Below, in pieces: positions 12,730-25,289 of a DNA stretch of 64,000 bases (position 1 is its first letter; each line of letters starts with the position of its first letter). Under the pieces are notes generated by a model. That model was not told the origin of the DNA. It saw nothing but the letters and a program-made list of their open reading frames with translations, and made no database searches. A program made the position numbers and the translations under genes. Source of the DNA: Auanema rhodensis (taxonomy: Eukaryota > Animalia > Nematoda); the NCBI GenBank assembly GCA_964057225.1, contig OZ059897.1, positions 11,594,001-11,658,000 of the forward strand, in the 5' to 3' direction.

Positions 12730-15529
12730 TCATTCTTCTTGTCGATTTTTCAAAATACGTTTAATTCTATTAGCCTTGGATTTTTCAACAATATACACAA
12801 ACAATGATAGACATGCCAAAAATCCTATAAAAATATTATGGTAAATAGGTGAAAACATCTGTTACCGAGCAATATTCCCATCCAGAAAATTACTGTTATG
12901 GTCTTGAAACTGCCTGCAGTTTGTTCCCTGAATATTTGCTTTTGTAATTGCGTAATTTCAAATACAGTACTCTTGGTCTTTAAGTATAATAACAACTTTA
13001 GTTCCATCATGTGTTGTAGCTTCAATTCTTTTATTCATATCTGATAGCATTAGCTTGATTAAAAGTATATCCTTTCCATTGGGATGCAATTGCCGAGAAT
13101 GATCAAGACATTCACGGTTACTTTTCATTTCAATCTTGACTAATGATATTTTCCATTTAACCTTCAAATATATTTTAAATATTATTATTATTTTTAATAT
13201 TAAATATATAATATATACCCCGCGATCAGTATTAAATATTTTTGAATCTAATCGTATACGATAGCTTTCACCTTCACTTACCCTGAAGTGGAAATTGTTA
13301 AGATTATATTTCTATTTAGCCATAAACTTGAAGAAAGATTTTCTTTCTTTCACAGTAAGAATTGTCAGATTAACATTACTACATTCATCAGCATCTTCTC
13401 CATGTTCTTCTTCTTCAGTTTCTTCATTTTTCAAACGAATACCTTTACATTTTGCCAAAAGGTAACAATCTTTTTTTTGTGGATCATTTTGACATGATTT
13501 TTCTTCAATATACATTCCAATTCCATCATATTTTGTTATTCCATTATTTTCAAAAAATCTTCTTCTTAAATCCTTAAATAAATAAAATGAAATACTATAC
13601 TATACTTACTATATAATCACTTTTATCAAATTATTAACATCAGTTGTTTCAAAAAATGTTGAATAAACTGGTATGCCATACTCTTTATAAGGTGAAATTG
13701 TTAAAAATCTTTGAAGTGAATTAGGAGTTATCTATAAATATAAATATAATAAAATTATCTTATTCATTTATAATATAACCTCTTTTGATGGATTTATTTT
13801 CATAATAGATAAATATCCCGTTCGAACTTTTCTTGAAATCACAGATTTACTTTAAAAAAAACATTGATAATAATATGTCTTATTTGTATATATTTAACTT
13901 AATATCTAATAAATTATATTTAACCTTACCAATTTCTTGTTGAAGCGAATTGACCACATATTTCTGTTGAACAGCAACAAGCCGAGCAACAACTGAAATT
14001 TCTCCATGACACATCTATCTTAATAAAAAAAAATATTCTATTATTTAATAGTATTACAACCTTCAAATTATTGCTTACATCTTCATATGGCCGAAAGCTA
14101 TAATCCCACGTTTCCAAATTTTTAAACTTTGTTGATTTGGATTCTGTAAGAAAATTATTAATATACTAAAATATTATATACAAACCAGGATGAATATCAG
14201 TTTTCATATGATCTATATTAACTATAACACCTGTATTTATGTTTTCTTCGTCTAAATTCTGAATTAAAAGTTATATTACAGCGAAAAAAGTTGAGACTTA
14301 CAACAAAACATTGATATGTCATTCCTCCATAAAAAATTCTTTCGAATTTACTAAACAATGGTTTATCCTTGTTTTTATAAACTTGGTGGGGCATATATAA
14401 TGGTTTGCTTATCTTAAATATATCATTGTTAAAGTTTTATAATTAATAATAAAAAAACTTGAAATCGCCCTCCTCGATGATTATGTAATGGTGCATGATT
14501 AGTTGTCGAATATCCATAGTGTTCAGCTATATGTGAATTATACATACTAAGTCCTTCAAATTATTACATAGTATATTATATATAATAAATATAACTATAC
14601 CCATCTGATCTAATAATTTGTGAAGAGAAAAAAAATGAGATAATAATGGTGTTGAACCATCAGAATTTTCACGTTTAGCATCAGAATCATAATAAAATTC
14701 ACGAAGCGAACGGCCGAAATAGTTAATCATATACTATAGTATATTTCATTAAAATACCGTTTATAATCCATATAGATATTTGCAAGATGTCCAGTTAAAT
14801 TCTTGAAACACGAATAACATGGTATCTATAAATAAACAAAAATAATAAGAATCTAATCAATAGCTATGAGTACTTCATAAGGAAATTCAGAAAATTGATA
14901 CATTTGCACAATTCGCTTTCCTAGTCTTTGTTGATAGTTACTATTACATCTAAAAGCTTATATAAAAAGTTTTTTTAAGAAAACAAACTAATTTACATGT
15001 CATCTCCTGCATATTCAACTGTTCTATGTACTTTGTTTGACAATATATATGCTAAAAAACCATCAAGCTCCACAAATGATTGTTTCTGATTATGAGCCAC
15101 ATCAGTCCAATATTCAAATAGATCATCATTTGCATTGAAATAACTAATATTCGTATATTTACGAATCACAACACTTAAATATGAATTTCTTGTATATCAA
15201 TATAAAATATTATATTTTAACTCTTTATCTCCATCATCATGTAAGCTGATTGCAAAGCTTGAGCCATCAAAACGTGGAGGAAATTGATACGACATATACG
15301 TTCGGGTTCGTGGAATACGTAAAAGATCCACATGAGCATTTTGAATTTCTACGATTTGAATATAATTGAGAAAAATAAAAATGAAGCAAATTAATCGATA
15401 CCATTAACATAAGATGAAGAAACTACAATTGAATATCTGTAAATAAATAATTTATATAAAATATGTAATAAATAATCAAACATACGTTCTAAAATTTAAA
15501 AAAAGTAAACATAGAATTAATAAATTCAT
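12730..15529 (-). CDS. Cys-rich type-I membrane protein with a putative Ig-like segment (FAM187/SPE-45/SPE-51-like candidate)
   Basis: About 17 exons splice into one frame: signal peptide MNLLILCLLFLNF, ...GGMTYQCFV..., VSWRNFSCCSACCCSTEICG...RKVRTGYL...YGIPVYS, a TM segment TITVIFWMGILLGFLACLSLFVYIV and a basic tail KSKANRIKRILKNRQEE*. One intron needs a GG acceptor (14714-14757). The family call is tentative. Confidence 0.7.
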
Positions 15530-15938
15530 GTTTTAAAATATAAAATGAAATAAGAATGCTATATTCTTAATATTCTACTTATTAACATAAAGTATGCTAA
15601 TTAGAATAATATTGGCTCAGAAAGAAGAATGAAACCACCTTTTAATCTTCAAAAAACAATTTTTGGAAGTATTTGATAGAAAAATGTTTTTTTTTTAATT
15701 TATTGTGATTATTACATTGCACTATAAGTTTGTTTTCTAAGTTCTTTACTTAAAAAGTTAAATTTATGTAAAAAAATATAAATTATAAGATTATTATGGC
15801 ATAAAATATTTATTCTCATTTCATAGAGTGAACAACTTGCTTATGTATAATATTTAAAAACGTATATTTTAGCACAAATATCAACAAATAATATACAGGA
15901 CAAATGATGATGCTGAAGAAACAGAATTTCCATTAAAT

Positions 15939-18900
15939 TCATGCTAAAATGTATTGATTATTTGGTTCATACTTTGAAATCTTTTCTTACCTCTGCCATA
16001 TCCTAAGGAAACACTGTCATGAGGAACTACGACAGGTGCTACTGTTGTGGGAACTTCTGGTTCAGTTGCAGGGGCTCCATCTCCAGAATGTGTTGATTTC
16101 TGTAACATAGTTACTTTTTTCTTATATTTATCTTGAAACTTACAATTGTTACAGCTGGAGGAATTGGTTCTGATGTAGTAAAAGCTACAAATGTTGTGGT
16201 TTCTTCCATTTCATCAACAATAGTTGGTGAATCGCTTGAATGTATTGCTGGAAGTGAAGAATCGATGTCTTCTGTAGATGGTCCTTCGCTAATACGTTGT
16301 GGTTCATCGTTAGAGGATCCGTCTTCCGAGCTTCCTTCAAGCTTTACGTCCTTGTTATGAACATTAGACACATTCTCTTCGTGACTGCTGATCTTCTCGA
16401 TTTCGGGTTTATGAGTAGATGTAGGTTCTTCATATCCAGATAACACTTGTTCTGGTTTTACTTCTTCATGAACAATATCTAAAGGCTCGGGTTGATGAGC
16501 TGGGGCTCCAACAATAGTTTTTTGAGTAGTAGAAGCAATAGTTGTTTCTTCATTTTCTGCATTAGATGGAACGATTGTAGTCTCTAATTGTATATCTTGG
16601 GTGATATCTGCGGAAACTGTGGTCCATGCGTCATTTACTGAATCCAGAGTAACTGGAGTGGTTGCTACTTCATTGGGTTCAGAGGAAGGAGCTGTGTGCT
16701 CATCGACTGGAGCTTCAGAAGTGATTGGTTCGGTATGAGCCTCAGTCACGGTGTCCAAAGGAGCAGAGGTGGTTTCAGTTTCCTTTGGCTCAGATGGAGC
16801 AGCATAGCTATCTTCGGCGGATGGAGCTGTGGGCTCGTCGACTGGAGCTTCAGAAGTGATTGGTTCGGTGTGAGCCTCAGTTACGGTATCCAAAGGAGCG
16901 GAGGTGGTTTCAGTTTCCTTTGGCTCAGATGGAGCAGAATAGCTATCTTCGGCGGATGGAACAGTGTGCTCATCGACTGGAGCTTCAGAAGTGATTGGTT
17001 CGGTATGAGCCTCAGTCACGGTGTCCAAAGGAGCGGAGGTGGTTTCAGTTTCCTTTGGCTCAGATGGAGCAGAATAGCTATCTTCGGCAGATGAAACAGT
17101 GTGCTCATCGACTGGAGCTTCAGAAGTGATTGGTTCGGTATGAGCCTCAGTCACGGTGTCCAAAGGAGCGGAGGTGGTTTCAGTTTCCTTTGGCTCAGAT
17201 GGAGCAGAATAGCTATCTTCGGCGGATGGAACAGTGTGCTCATCGACTGGAGCTTCAGAAGTGATTGGTTCGGTATGAGCCTCAGTCACGGTGTCCAAAG
17301 GAGCAGAGGTGGTTTCAGTTTCCTTTGGCTCAGATGGAGCAGAATAGCTATCTTCGGCGGATGGAACAGTGTGTTCATCGACTGGAGCTTCAGAAGTGAT
17401 TGGTTCGGTATGAGCCTCAGTCACGGTGTCCAAAGGAGCAGAGGTGGTTTCAGTTTCCTTTGGCTCAGATGGAGCAGAATAGCTATCTTCGGCGGATGGA
17501 ACAGTGTGCTCATCGACTGGAGCTTCAGAAGTGATTGGTTCGGTGTGAGCCTGAGTCACGGTGTCCAAAGGAGCGGAGGTGGTTTCAGTTTCCTTTGGCT
17601 CAGATGGAGCAGAATAGCTATCTTCGGCGGATGGAGCTGTGGGCTCGTCGACTGGAGCTTCAGAAGTGATTGGTTCGGTGTGAGCCTCAGTTACGGTATC
17701 CAAAGGAGCGGAGGTGGTTTCAGTTTCCTTTGGCTCAGATGGAGCAGAATAGCTATCTTCGGCAGATGGAACAGTGTGCTCATCGACTGGAGCTTCAGAA
17801 GTGATTGGTTCGGTATGAGCCTCAGTCACGGTATCCAAAGGAGCGGAGGTGGTTTCAGTTTCCTTTGGCTCAGATGGAGCAGAATAGCTATCTTCGGTAG
17901 ATGGAACAGTGTGCTCATCGACTGGAGCTTCAGTAGTGATTGATTCGGTGTGAGCCTCAGTTACGGTTTCCAAAGGAGCGGAGGTGGTTTCAGTTTCCTT
18001 TGGCTCAGATGAGGGGACAGCATAATTGTTTTCCAAAGTTGGAACAGAAGCCACAGGATTCACAGTAGTTGGAGAAGATGTAGTGGGTATGTTGATGGCT
18101 TTGTCAACTGGATGAGTTTGAGCTGTATTATCCTCGCCATATCCCAAATCAGAAGGAGAAGAAGCTGGTCCAACTTCGGGAATATCAGTGTTATGGCCGG
18201 CTTTTCCGTAGTCTGAAGAGTCTGAAGGAGATAATTTCATTGGAGTAGTATTGAGTTTATATGGAATTGTTGTATACTTTGTGTTAGGCTTGGAATAGGA
18301 TTTTGAGGTAGCTGTTGTTAATTGGGAATGAACAGAAGTCGACTTTGAAGGATGAGATGTTGATAGCTTGATAATCTTTGTTGTTTTTGTGAAAGTTGTT
18401 TTTGATTTAGTTGGCTTTGAAGTAGCTTTTGTCATTTTTTTCGTGATTGGAAGCATCGTCGAGGTCTTTTGGGAGAAAGTTGTACTTTTGGTTGTTCTAA
18501 TGCTTGGCTGCTGGGTTGTTGTCACATTTTTCAATGTGGTAGGTTGTTTTTCGGTAGTAGAGGTGGTAGGACTAATAGTTTTAGTTGATTTAATCATAGT
18601 CGTAGTTGCTAAAGTTGTATTAGTTATATGCGAAACAGTATTTGGCGAAGAAGTTGAGTTAGAAGCAATAGTTGTACTTATTTCAGGAGTAGTAGGTGAA
18701 GCTGGTTCTGGTATTTCAATAGGAGGTATTGAAGAAGTTTGAATAGTAGGAATAGTTGAAGTACCTTGTACTTTTTCATCCTGAACTTCTCTCCTAAACT
18801 TGAAAATGTCAAGGAAGTTGTCATCGTTAATCTCTTTAATTGGATATATCCCAGTTGGCTGTAACGGATCGAACTAATACTTTCAAACATTTTCTCAATA

Positions 18901-19084
18901 CCGTATTTATAGCCAGTTCGCCATTGATAAGTTGAATCTTCTTTAACCAAGCTAACGTTTGTTCAATACGATTCCTAGATTTATAAATTGTTTTAAATCA
19001 ATCAAGTTTCGAATTCTCTTACTGAATTGGGGTAGGCGCAGCATTGATTCCTACGATGCAAACTAGTAGCAAGGTCCACCTCAT
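15939..19084 (-). CDS. Secreted mucin-like Thr/Ser/Pro/Glu-rich protein
   Basis: Signal peptide MRWTLLLVCIVGINA right after a TTTAG acceptor. Two short introns, then a long exon including the 828-aa ORF with a Thr/Lys-rich part and acidic repeats. The last exons end ...SLGYGRA* (3' end less certain). Confidence 0.85.
16680..18012 (-). repeat. Coding tandem repeat, about 10 x 135 bp (45 aa SAPSEPKETETTSAPLDTVTEAHTEPITSEAPVDEHTVPSAEDSY)
   Basis: Period 135 measured from agaatagcta at 16936 and 17071; 10 units counted in the translation. Confidence 0.95.
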
Positions 19085-21927
19085 TCTAAATATGAATTTA
19101 TTAAATTATACATTAATAATGTAATATAGATAGTATTATCATTAGCTGATATAATATGAAAATATTTTATATATGAAGCAAATTAGAACGATAAGCTGAA
19201 TAAAAGGAACTATGAATGTTAATAAAGCGGTTATGATTTCTGCTTTTATAGATAGGCATTGAGTTTTTTTGGATAAGGACATAAGGTACCCTCCACCCCC
19301 TTTCGGTTCAGCTTGTATCATAGCTTAGTTTGGATTTGGATGAAACCTGATGTAATTTTTTATTTTCACAACTTAAATAAGAATAACGTTATCGATGTAC
19401 ATATGTATATACATATATAGATATAAAGATATAAAAAAACTGTCATATTTTATTTTTTTATGAAATTACAAAATAGTACATGCTTTATAGAGAGAAATAA
19501 GATAAACATAACGTATATCTTGAATTATTAAAAAAAACGAAAGTGATGATATGTGGAAAAGCAAAAAAATGAGTAAACAGATGAATACTACAAAGAATAT
19601 TTAGAAAAATCGAAAATAAAACACCTATGTTGCCAAATTAGCTGAGTGTTTAGCTTTTTTGCTCAAAATGTTCCGGAAAAAAATAAAAAACACAAAATAA
19701 TCAATCATTGTTCAAGTAGTCAACTAGTTCGGAAGATCCAAAGCTGAAACTTATTGCGTACGTTATGTGACATATTTGAGGCAACTGAGAACAGATTTCC
19801 AGCGATAAAACTTATTCAAATCGCATGTCCTATATGATCTCAAACTTCGATTAATTTTTCTTCGCTTCAAACTTCTCGTACAACATTTCAAGACTACAGT
19901 TTCATTCAAGATTTGTTGTTTGAATTTCGAAAACAACAACTAACTCAGTCAGGTCTAGGCTTTCAAAAAGGCATTTCTCATATTCTTGTAAGTTTTCTCA
20001 ATTAGCTATAACAATGTTCGTTATATTATATCTAATTTGGAAGATAGGTTTCTTAACATTCAAGCCTGTTGCTAAACATATGTAAATCTCATGGTACTTC
20101 CAGTTTGTTTCTTTCGTTAAAAGCTTCCATAAAGCTTGCAGGTAATTGTAACGACCCGTAAAAAACTACAGATAAATTAGAAAGTGATCTAGTTTGATGT
20201 ACTTCCTAACGCAGCTTTTTTTTGAATATCCATCCACAATATTGCAGTTTTTGTGATAAGGGATAAATATAACTAAAAGAAGTAAACACTGAAAGCAAAT
20301 CATGAATGTTTTAAGAAGTAAAGCAAAAAATTTAATTTCATGACCATCTTATTATTATTATTATTATTATGCCATCAAAATCATATATACTTTTATTCAA
20401 TATCTTTCACATAAAACAACCTGAATACATGGATAGATCAGGGATAAAAGTGACAAAAAGGGCAATGTCCTAACCAGTTCGGCGGGTTTGAAAAAAGACG
20501 ATAAGCAAGGAACATTTCTTTTTATTTCGTTAAACCTGCCAAACATTCGCATGCTTTCACGTATTAAGTAATTAGCCATTTCAGTACAATTATTATCAAA
20601 AAAAGAAGTTTTACTGAAGTAATTCAAGAGCGATAGTTTCTTTACACTAATAAGAAAATGAAAATTCTTTTTATACTTCATAATAATTAGCTTTGATGTT
20701 GAACATAATGTACAAGCAAAAATTTAATTTGTATCGTCAGATAGAAAATAAATTAATCGCAATTTGATGTGTCCTTCAGATTGCAAGGATCCTGAGTGTG
20801 AATTTCATTCCTGAAATAGAGGATGTATATAATTTTTATTTATTTCTTGGTTTAAACTTTCTGAATAATATAAGACTCGATTAGCTCTTCTGTATCTTAT
20901 TACGATATCATCTATAGTGAAATGAATCAGAAACAATATTATACATTTGAAGCTTTCTAATCGTCATTCAATCAAGCTTGAAATAAATTTTTTTGTTAAG
21001 GAAGCGCAGCGTAGGCAGGAAGTTCTCTTACAGAAAGACAACTGGACAACCGACTGTTTTTATACTTATACAGATCGAATAGATCGTTATCTTTTTGCTT
21101 ATACCCATCAAATAAATGATGGCACTTATATATCGGAATTAGTAACTTGTCACAGTTATCGTAATGCGTTTATTAAAAAGTAAAAAACCAATAAAATATA
21201 ACACTAACTTTACCGTATATTATATATTTTCTATTATATAATTATAATTAATATTATAACAAATATATATAATGTTTAATAAATAATGTTTTGTAAACTT
21301 CATGTATACGCAATTAAACGTGCCAATTGAAAACGCCATGCCACAGGTTTACTATGCATTCGTTTTGCAAATATATTTTGATATGCTTATGTTATATTAG
21401 GTATTACGGTTAATTTTTGTTCAAAGTAAGCGATTTTCCTGATTTCAACTCAAGAAAATGTTTTCAATTGAATGATTTAGACACCAGTTCACAGGGAGTT
21501 GACTATTTAAAAAACGAGAGAAGAAATGATTTCAAAAATTTCGAGAAGCACGTGCGTTTCTTTGAACTAATGTCATTCTTGTATTGCATTCACCAACTGT
21601 TTAACAAATTATATCAGCAATCTTGACCATTTAACAGGCGGTTTATTAAACTATGGTGTTAGAGAAGTCTGTTAACCAGACCTTACGTCTAGCACATGTG
21701 AGTGCTTCGACCTATCCAATAGGCTCTCTTGTATTATTGTATTTCAATGTGTTTTAGTTATTTTGTTCTGATAATGATCCGTTCATTGCTGTATCGTCTC
21801 TCCTAAAAAATAATTGAGCTGCATGTTGTTTTGACAATTATTTTGTGAATGAAAATTACTTCTCAGTTAGAGTATTTGTACTTTGAAGACATTATGTTAA
21901 ATCACACAAAAGTAATCGAACTTTAGA

Positions 21928-23485
21928 ATGGCTGCACAAAAGCAAGAGTTTGAAGGTGTCCATGAAGCCTTGAAAAGTTTATCAGGAGAAACGCATGATG
22001 AGACTTACCGCATTTTATACGGAAGAAAATACCCGTAGGAATTTTTGTACCTTTTGAAATGTAGTTTATGGTTTAGTGATCTTGTGATTGCCCCCGAACT
22101 TCAGGAAATCGCAGAGAAGAATAACTTCGAAATTAAAGGATATACTGTAGAAGCTCAAAAAGAACAGCTTCGTGCTCCCAAATTGGTCAGCTTGGTTTAA
22201 CACGTACTTTCATGAAATACTGATAATTTAGACACGCGTGGCTGCTGTCCAAAATGCCATTGTTTTGCCTACTACTGCTCCTGTTGGAGAACAACGTGAT
22301 GCTATACACAAGAGAGTTGGACTCATGATTGAAACTGCAGCTCAAGCTGGCGCAAACATTATTTGCCTCCAAGAGGCTTGGAGTAAGCTTTTCTTAAACG
22401 AAACGTTGTCTATTTTTAATTTAGCAATGCCATTTGCGTTTTGTACCCGGGAGCGACTTCCATGGACCGAGTTTGCCGAATCCGCTGAACATGGTCCTAC
22501 CACCATGTTTCTTTCAAAGGTGATTAAAATTAGAGAAAAAGTTTACTACTTCAATCGTATAGATAGCCCAGAAGTATGGAGTTGTTATAATTTCCCCTAT
22601 TCTTGAAAGAGATGAAAGCAAAGATGATGTTATTTGGAACACAGCTGTAATCATTTCACATACTGGAAAGGTTTTCGGAAAGAGTAGGAAAAACCATATT
22701 CCTAGAGTAGGCGATTTTAACGAGGTTTGCAACTTAAAGTAAACATTAGTTTTACAATTTTTTTAGTCTACTTATTACATGGAATCAACTCTTGGACATC
22801 CTGTTTTTGAAACTCCTTTCGGAAAAATTGGAGTCAACATTTGCTATGGACGACATCATCCACAAAACTGGATGATGTATGCTTTAAATGGTGCTGAAAT
22901 CATATTTAACCCCTCTGCTACTGTTGGCGGATTAAGGTTTGAACGGAGTCAAATTGCATTTTTGAATTTTAACGTATTTTAGTGAGCCACTATGGAGCAT
23001 TGAAGCTCGTAATGCTGCTATCGCTAATCATTGCTTCACTGTAGGTATTAACCGTGTAGGTACAGAAGTCTTTCCTTATGAGTTCACTTCGGGAAATGGA
23101 CAACCAGGTTTTTAAAATATTTTTCTTGGATATGTTCTAAATTCACTTATTTAGCTCATAAAGATTTTGGTCACTTTTATGGAAGCAGTTATGCTGCAGC
23201 CCCCGATGGCAGCAGAACACCTGTAAGTTTTGCTTACTGAAGTATTTCATTTGATCGAAATTTTAGTCTTTGTCGCGAGTTAAGGAAGGAGTCCTCATAG
23301 CTGAACTTGATTTGAATCTTTGCCGTCAAACCAAAGATAATTGGGGATTTAGAGTGCGTTAATTAACTAATATTTTTGGTACAATGTAATTTATTCAGAT
23401 GACTCAACGTTTGGATTTATACGCGGAATCCATTACTGCCGCTGCCGATCCTTCATATAAGCCAGATATCAGACGAGAACTCTAA
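21928..23485 (+). CDS. upb-1: Beta-ureidopropionase (nitrilase superfamily)
   Basis: Motifs [79 protein letters not shown]. All introns are canonical. Confidence 0.95.
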
Positions 23486-24276
23486 ATTGAACCTTCGGTC
23501 AAACTGCTAAAAGTATATTTTTATATGGTGAAAATTAAAACTAAGTCGAATTTAACAATGAAAAGTAAATAAAAAACTGAATAAGTCTGTAATATCAAAA
23601 CAGAAAAAAAAGAAAAAATGTTAGTTATACCCGTAATCGCCCTAATCACGCCTATGTAAAATCCCTGAGATTAACGATGACATAATGATTTTGGATCTTC
23701 TAGTTTTGTGTTTAACATGATTGTATATATAAAATTATTTTATTTCAGAAGTATTCAAACTTCAAACTTATTCATAAATCTGTTTTATATTATCAACGTC
23801 TATATGACTCAATGTATTTTTTCAACAAATTATTACTCTACTCTCATAGAAAATCTCAGACATCGATTCGAAACAAAAAACAGAAATAAGATTCTGATCT
23901 TAGGAATCACCTTTCTTTTCTTAAAAAATTTCATATCTTATACAACATTTAAAAAAATTATGTAATATAATAAAAATTTTATTATATCAAACGTGTTACA
24001 TACCCAATCTCTAATCATCTAAAACTTCTGAAAGAGAAAATTTAATTTTTGAGATAAATATTATATATTTTAATGTAATCCCTAGTACTAACTACTGTAA
24101 TCCCCCACAAATTGTTGATCATGCGAGTAATCTGGCAATAGGATAATGTCTCATATAATATTCTACCAATGTATGTATATCAATTTTCCCTTCATTTCCA
24201 TATAACTGCATACATGTTTTAGAATTAAAATATTATTCTTTTCTTTTGTAAAGAAAAAAAGTTTAGGCTTAGACCA

Positions 24277-25037
24277 ATGTCAGGACCACGGACAATCGTT
24301 GTTGCTTTTCTAATTCTTCAATTATCGGTTAGTATTTGAACTTTAAAATAAAACAGATCCGAAAATAGAAAACACCTCAATATATGTTATGCTTTGCAGT
24401 CATTCGTCACTCCACAAGAAGTATCACAATCACCTATTCGAGGTAAAAGTTTTGAAATATTTAAAAGAAATACATACAATGTGCATGAATTATTGATATT
24501 ATTTAGATAATGATGGATTAGAAAAAATAGCTGATGGAGTTAATACAGCCTGTATGTTCAGAAAAACATTATTTATACAAATTACACAAGTTAGCTTACT
24601 TATTCATTTTTGATTTTTAAGGGAATGGCTTAAAATCTGGTTTTAACACAGCAGTTAATACAGCATCGGATGCTTTGAATCGTTTTGGAGTTAATACTAA
24701 AAATAATAATGAAGAAGTTATTAACAAAACAAACTTTTCCGCTAATGGTGCGTCAATACCCATCAATCAACCGGGAAATGTACAAATTTTTCCTCTAGGT
24801 TACTACATTTAATTGATTAGATTTATATGAAACATGTTGCAGATGATAACAAGAATCGCCTTGACAGGAATAATAGCATCGGAAACATGATTACTGTTAC
24901 TGATCATCCAATTTCTTCGAACACGACAGAAAAAGGTTATTTTATCAATTTATGAAATAATTAACTGATATGCTATAGGATTCTTTACCAAAATAATTGA
25001 TGGGATCAAGAAAATTTTCAACCGTAGTAATAAATAA
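24277..25037 (+). CDS. Small secreted orphan protein (~155 aa) with a C-terminal cationic amphipathic helix
   Basis: Six exons with GT-AG introns give MSGPRTIVVAFLILQLSSFVTPQEVSQSPIRDNDGLEKIADGVNTAWNGLKSGFNTAVNTASDALNRFG...NTTEKGFFTKIIDGIKKIFNRSNK*. Confidence 0.75.
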
Positions 25038-25289
25038 AAATAATAATCATAACTCTTGTTTAAATTGTTCATTTCATCCTTTTTTTTCATGTATTGAGCG
25101 TTCACCTTGTGTTTTTTATTTGAAATATTTGAAGTAAAATGTCATTGTATATATTTCTTTTTTTCTTTCTCGTTAATAACAACAAAGAATAAGAGGTGTA
25201 ATTCTTGTTTGGCGAAGTCAACTGTGTGACCCACCTGTTTCTAGTGATTCAACATCACAGTCCCCACCCCAGGAACAATCATTCCAACT

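Noticed and set aside
16696-17943. Long Trp-rich + strand ORFs
   Set aside because: These are antisense shadows of the mucin repeat.
16680-18012. Regular repeat array as a CRISPR candidate
   Set aside because: The units are contiguous coding repeats with no unique spacers, in a eukaryotic context.
24261-24275. TTAGGC TTAGAC telomere-like hexamers
   Set aside because: Isolated, with no array; there is no evidence for a telomere-addition or DNA-elimination site.
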